Shown: positions 28,444 through 32,000 of the stretch, piece by piece
Numbering within the stretch: position 1 is the stretch's first letter
Layout: the number at the start of each line of letters is the position of its first letter
Assembly: GCA_015075005.1 (NCBI GenBank)
Contig: JABTVC010000002.1
Span: 694,259 to 726,258, forward strand
DNA length: 32,000 nt
Reading direction: 5' to 3'
Source of the DNA: Planctomycetia bacterium
Lineage (GTDB): Bacteria > Planctomycetota > Brocadiia > Brocadiales > Brocadiaceae
Notes under the pieces: model-generated
What the model was told of the DNA's origin: nothing
The model's input: only the letters and a program-made list of their open reading frames with translations
Database searches by the model: none
Made by a program: the position numbers and the translations under genes

Positions 28444-28480
28444 CTATCCCCCCCGTTTGATGTAGATTCGTGGGGGGTAG
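28444..28480 (+). other. Intercistronic stem-loop (C7/G6 stem)
   Basis: cta(t)cccccc ... gggggg-tag with an ~18-nt loop, between the globin-like gene and the ferredoxin gene. No T-tract follows. Confidence 0.4.
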
Positions 28481-28504
28481 CATGCTGCGAAGGAAGTGAT
28501 ACCT

Positions 28505-28702
28505 ATGAAAAAACCCGTTGTCTTATTTGAGGAAAGTTGTGTTAAGTGTGCAATATGCACTGAAGAGGCTCCCGAGGTGTTTGTTTTTGTGGAAAAAATT
28601 GGACCACAGGTAAAGGAGGGTGTAGACATTGCCTCCCATAGTGAAAAGATAAAGAAGGTAGCGCAATTTTGTCCAATGGAGTGTATTAAATACCATTTGT
28701 GA
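28505..28702 (+). CDS. Small single-cluster ferredoxin ([4Fe-4S]/[3Fe-4S] type)
   Basis: 65 aa. CVKCAICTEEAPEVF (CxxCxxC) plus a distal CPMECI (CP). GAAGGAAG lies about 8 nt upstream of ATG 28505. Confidence 0.75.
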   Translation: MKKPVVLFEESCVKCAICTEEAPEVFVFVEKIGPQVKEGVDIASHSEKIKKVAQFCPMECIKYHL

Positions 28703-28738
28703 CCGCTATTGGATGAGTTTTTCTGCTAATTAAACTTC

Positions 28739-29218
28739 ATGACAAAGCCCAAGTTGTTACTGATAGAGGACGATAAAAACACCCTCGATGGATTAGTCAA
28801 GATATTGACGCGTGATGGATTTTCGGTTTCCGGCGTCATGTCAGGTTATGATGCCTTACATCTTCTCACCAGGAAAAAGTTCGATATCGTTGTAACGGAT
28901 ATGAAATTGCCTGGAATGGGCGGTTTAACCCTGATACAGGAAGTGAGAAAAATGGGGTTACCGATAGCAATCGTAGTTATTACTGCATATAGTTCTGAAA
29001 ATACGGCTGCTGAGGTTACAAAATATGGAGCAGACTACTTTCTGGCAAAACCGGTAAATATTGAGGAGCTGGAGTCGGTATTAGAAAAGTTGTGCGAAAA
29101 ACAAGCGTTGGCTGCACAGAATTTACTATTAAAGGAGAAGTTAAAGTGTGGCCTTAGTCCGCCAAGTACAACCGGGAATAGAAATAAAATTAATCAATGT
29201 GATGACGATACCCGTTGA
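28739..29218 (+). CDS. REC-only response regulator; a truncated paralog of the NtrC-type activator at 26096
   Basis: It aligns residue for residue with the N-terminal ~135 aa of the upstream activator (MTKPKLLLIEDDKNTLDGLVKILTRDG.. against MAKPKLLLVDDDKTALDGLVKILTRDG.., through ..LLKEKLK). It then diverges into an unrelated 25-aa tail, with no AAA+ or HTH domain. Confidence 0.8.
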   Translation: MTKPKLLLIEDDKNTLDGLVKILTRDGFSVSGVMSGYDALHLLTRKKFDIVVTDMKLPGMGGLTLIQEVRKMGLPIAIVVITAYSSENTAAEVTKYGADYFLAKPVNIEELESVLEKLCEKQALAAQNLLLKEKLKCGLSPPSTTGNRNKINQCDDDTR

Positions 29219-29704
29219 TATATATGTTAATTTTAGCAATGGTCGAATGTTTATTACTAACCGTAGTGTAAGTAATTTTTTATCTTGTTTCATCATATAT
29301 AGTTTTACCAAACGTTTTTGGCGAAGAGGCGAAGCAGCCGGTGTGCTGGAAGCCTGGCGAGGAAGAGCAGGGTCTGATTCGTGTGACAAACGGTGATGTC
29401 CTGTGAGAACGTGGAAAGGATGGCATATGGGAGTATCGCCTTTATGCCATAGATGGATACATTTGAAGATAAAACAGTTCTCTTGCGCCTGATGGCTCTT
29501 GGTGCCGACCATGTCTTTGCTATCCACCCACATGGCTATCATATGGAAGTAGTTGCATTGAACGGAAGGAAATTAAAGTCGGCGTATGAGAAAGACACCA
29601 TTTATATTGCCAGCGGTGAACGAATTGATGTGCTCGTAAGAATTCCTCACTTCAAGGTGTGGCGCTCTATTTCCGGAGAAGAGGGACAAACCGGACAGGA
29701 ATAA
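29148..29704 (+). pseudogene. Multicopper-oxidase / cupredoxin-like gene remnants spread over several frames
   Basis: VQPGIEIKLINV..., KPGEEEQGLIRVTNG, and especially VLLRLMALGADHVFAI..GYHMEVVALNGRKL..DTIYIASGERIDVLVRI follow the MCO domain-2 pattern (LRLRLLN....F.....VIA.DG......L..GER..VLV). No Cu-ligand domain 3 is present. The 3' end is cut off by pcm. Confidence 0.45.
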
Positions 29705-30425
29705 TGGACTCTTTTACCACCTTCGAGGATGCATCCTTGGTGATCAGCATGAGATCCTGTACCGCATAAATACCGCCCACGGGGATAACCATACGACCGC
29801 CTGGTTTAAGCTGGTCAATAAGAGGCTGTGGAATATGCCCTGCAGCTGCAGTGACAATGATGGCATCAAAAGGTGCATGCTCAGGCCACCCCTTATACCC
29901 ATCACCAATCATACATTCTATATTATCGAAATCTAATGTTTTCAGCCGCTTCCGGGTTTCTTTGCCCAGTTCCTCTATAATCTCGATCGTATATACTCGT
30001 TTTACCAGTCTGGCAAGGATAGCTGCCTGATATCCTGAGCCCGTTCCCACTTCCAATACCACATCATCACTGCCTGCCTGTAGCAATTCCGTCATAAAGG
30101 CTACGATATAAGGCTGGGATATGGTCTGGCCAAAACCGATAGGAACAGGTTGATCGTAATAACTGTAAGAACGGGTTCCTTCTGGGATAAACAGATGACG
30201 AGGCACCGAATCCATGGCGTCCAGCACCCTTTTATCCTTTACCCCCCGGTATGCAATCTGTTCTTCCACCATCCTTTTCCGCTGCCGTGCAAAGGTGTCT
30301 TCATCCATCCTGGAGTTCGCACCACCCATGGCCGAGACCTTATTTTTGTTCCATAGCAACAGGATGGCTCCGGAGATTATAACAACCGCGCAGGAAGTAA
30401 TACATACCGTAGAATTTATCTTCAC
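29667..30425 (-). CDS. pcm: Protein-L-isoaspartate O-methyltransferase with an N-terminal hydrophobic anchor
   Basis: VPRHLFIP, GFGQTISQPYIVAFMTELL, and the SAM motif VLEVGTGSGYQAAILA. The N-terminus is MKINSTVCITSCAVVIISGAILLLW. Confidence 0.9.
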   Translation of the reverse strand: MKINSTVCITSCAVVIISGAILLLWNKNKVSAMGGANSRMDEDTFARQRKRMVEEQIAYRGVKDKRVLDAMDSVPRHLFIPEGTRSYSYYDQPVPIGFGQTISQPYIVAFMTELLQAGSDDVVLEVGTGSGYQAAILARLVKRVYTIEIIEELGKETRKRLKTLDFDNIECMIGDGYKGWPEHAPFDAIIVTAAAGHIPQPLIDQLKPGGRMVIPVGGIYAVQDLMLITKDASSKVVKESIIPVRFVPLLRK

Positions 30426-30486
30426 AACAATATTTTCCTCTGAAAAGACCCAACTTTTGCATCAAAAATAATCTGCATCGTTGGTT

Positions 30487-30978
30487 TCATTGAAACCACG
30501 AAGTGGATGCCTCTTTGGGATTAAATTTGGCGTGGCATTCATCACAACTGTTTACTACCTTGAAAAAGGCAGCCGTGGCCTTGTCTTTATTTTTTTCCTG
30601 GCAGGCGCCAATCAACTCCAGGGAACTCATATGGAATTTAACATCAAGGTTTATAAACTCTACCGGTAAGTCTTTTTTATTCGCACCTGTGAACACTACA
30701 GGACTCGAATTTTTCAGTTTTTTCGTATCCTGTTTAATTGCCTCCCAGTCCTGCTGGTTAATCGATGTTGACAAATGTTTTAACAACACCTTGATGTCTT
30801 TCATGTGCACGATAAAGCCCTGTTCGTTCTTGATAAATTCATGTTTCACCTCTGGTAGCATCATTTCAGTTTGCTTCTTCCCGGCAGAAACAACCTCCTT
30901 TTCCAACCTTCCTGCTTCCTTTTTGCCACAACCAGACATACATACAACTGCAATCACTGCAACAATTAATTTCTTCAT
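30487..30978 (-). CDS. Lipoprotein, class II (cytochrome c'-like) mono-heme c-type cytochrome
   Basis: Signal peptide plus lipobox (VIAVVCMSGC). A single CDECH heme-binding motif sits about 15 residues from the C-terminus, and the helical sequence is about 160 aa, as in class II cytochromes c. Confidence 0.6.
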   Translation of the reverse strand: MKKLIVAVIAVVCMSGCGKKEAGRLEKEVVSAGKKQTEMMLPEVKHEFIKNEQGFIVHMKDIKVLLKHLSTSINQQDWEAIKQDTKKLKNSSPVVFTGANKKDLPVEFINLDVKFHMSSLELIGACQEKNKDKATAAFFKVVNSCDECHAKFNPKEASTSWFQ

Positions 30979-31080
30979 GTGAAAACACCCGATACCTTAA
31001 TTGAAAAGAACCAAAATTAAAAATTTACTAACATTTTAGCTGTTTGAAAAATTGCCTTTAAATAAACCACCACTGCTTGT

Positions 31081-31159
31081 TTCCAAACGCCTGTTTGTGA
31101 ACACAATTGCAGAGAAACTGAGTTTCTCGTCCATTACACTCCCAAACAGGCGTTTGGAA
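31081..31159. repeat. Nested palindrome (17-bp perfect outer arms plus an inner 8-bp-arm palindrome)
   Basis: ttccaaacgcctgtttg (31081-31097) is the exact reverse complement of caaacaggcgtttggaa (31143-31159). The inner element is gagaaact-g-agtttctc (31112-31128). Each outer arm is itself CAAAC-N4-GTTTG. Confidence 0.85.
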
Positions 31160-31276
31160 GCGGGCAGTTAAAAGATATTTTCAAAAAATAAAGTGTTACA
31201 AAAATTTATTACAATAGCTATGAGTTTGCATACTAAATACTTTTCTTCTAAAAATCAATAAAAATGGTATTCTCTT

Positions 31277-32000
31277 TTAAATTATTCCCAGTAATTTTCC
31301 AATCTTTTCAAGCCGTTCTATTGCCCATGTAAGGTCATCCTTGCCGTGCGCCGCCGAAAGCATGATACGGATGCGTGCCTTGCCTATAGGTACCGTTGGA
31401 TAACCAATAGCCTGAGCAAAGATGCCCTCCACAAATAACCTCTGGCTAAAATCCTTAGCTACCCTGGCATCTCCTATCATTACTGGCGTAATCGGCGTTT
31501 TTGTATTGCCGAGGTTAAACCCAATCCGTCTCATCTTTTCCTGAAAAAATCCGGTATTTTGCCAGAGTTGTTTGACGAGAGAGTCTGAGGCTATCAAACC
31601 GTCCACAGCAGCAATACAGGCCGCCACGTCGGCTGCTGTTACAGCACTCGAGAACAGGAAAGGACGTCCCTTTTGTGCCAGATAATCCGTTAATCTTTTA
31701 CTTCCCGCAATATAACCACCCACCACCCCGAATGCCTTTGACATGGTGCCCACCTCGACATCAACCTTCCCATGCAGGTTGAAGTGGTCGACAATGCCCC
31801 TGCCACCTCGTCCCAACACCCCTTCTCCGTGTGCATCGTCAACCATCGCAATGGCCCCAAATTTTTCGGCAATCTCTACGATTTCTGGCAAAGGCGCAAC
31901 ATCTCCCTCCATACTAAATACACCGTCGGTGATGATGAGTATTCGCCTGCCCTTTTTTCCATCCGAAATCTTTGTCTGAAGGTCTTTAGGGTTGCAGTGT
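31277..32000 (-). CDS. kbl: Glycine C-acetyltransferase (2-amino-3-ketobutyrate CoA ligase) / 8-amino-7-oxononanoate synthase family; N-terminus lies beyond the window
   Basis: The frame stays open to base 32000 (..[21 protein letters not shown]..). Motifs: [17 protein letters not shown], the PLP-lysine motif [32 protein letters not shown]. It is closest in pattern to Kbl, but BioF is not excluded. Confidence 0.75.
   Translation of the reverse strand, partial: HCNPKDLQTKISDGKKGRRILIITDGVFSMEGDVAPLPEIVEIAEKFGAIAMVDDAHGEGVLGRGGRGIVDHFNLHGKVDVEVGTMSKAFGVVGGYIAGSKRLTDYLAQKGRPFLFSSAVTAADVAACIAAVDGLIASDSLVKQLWQNTGFFQEKMRRIGFNLGNTKTPITPVMIGDARVAKDFSQRLFVEGIFAQAIGYPTVPIGKARIRIMLSAAHGKDDLTWAIERLEKIGKLLGII

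Noticed and set aside
28703-28738. Second sigma-54 promoter (tggatgagtttttctgc) in front of the REC-only gene
   Set aside because: The GG-to-GC spacing is two bases too long for a -24/-12 element, and the ATG is only about 15 nt away.
30503-30982. 159-aa ORF on the plus strand
   Set aside because: It is a mirror ORF of the lipoprotein cytochrome gene. The minus-strand reading has a signal peptide, a lipobox and a CxxCH motif, while the plus-strand reading has nothing.

Overview
Bacterial chromosomal segment, AT-rich by eye (about 40-45% GC), with Gram-negative envelope genes (lpxD, a DUF481-type barrel, a lipoprotein). No rRNA, tRNA or CRISPR array was seen. Left to right: (1) a 5'-partial PAS-GAF-PAS-GGDEF/EAL c-di-GMP protein cut by a single in-frame TAG. 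(2) About 2 kb of accessory debris: a frameshifted DoxX, a truncated XRE-type antitoxin, a possible HicB-like fragment, and a solo antitoxin-like ORF bracketed by inverted ~120-bp elements. (3) gltX, carrying three 1-nt deletions in G/C runs that sum back into frame. (4) A decayed group II intron (ribozyme domains, multiply frameshifted RT/maturase, domain V). (5) A clean housekeeping block: thpR-recA-alaS, rpmF-plsX-fabH-fabD-acpP-fabF (no fabG), lpxD, glmS. (6) A sharply GC-rich single-gene island, a frameshifted DUF853/YjgR-type P-loop NTPase, starting a few tens of bp downstream of glmS. (7) rmuC and a DUF481 protein without a signal peptide. (8) The most interesting module: a cytoplasmic Cys-rich-PAS histidine kinase plus an NtrC-type sigma-54 activator, then a candidate -24/-12 promoter, a stand-alone protoglobin-like protein, a small [4Fe-4S]-type ferredoxin and a REC-only truncated paralog of the activator, ending in multicopper-oxidase-like debris. 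(9) pcm with an N-terminal hydrophobic anchor, a lipoprotein class-II (c'-like) cytochrome c, a nested palindrome, and the 3' part of kbl. All calls rest on reading the translated motifs and on repeat alignment by eye. No database search or computation was run.
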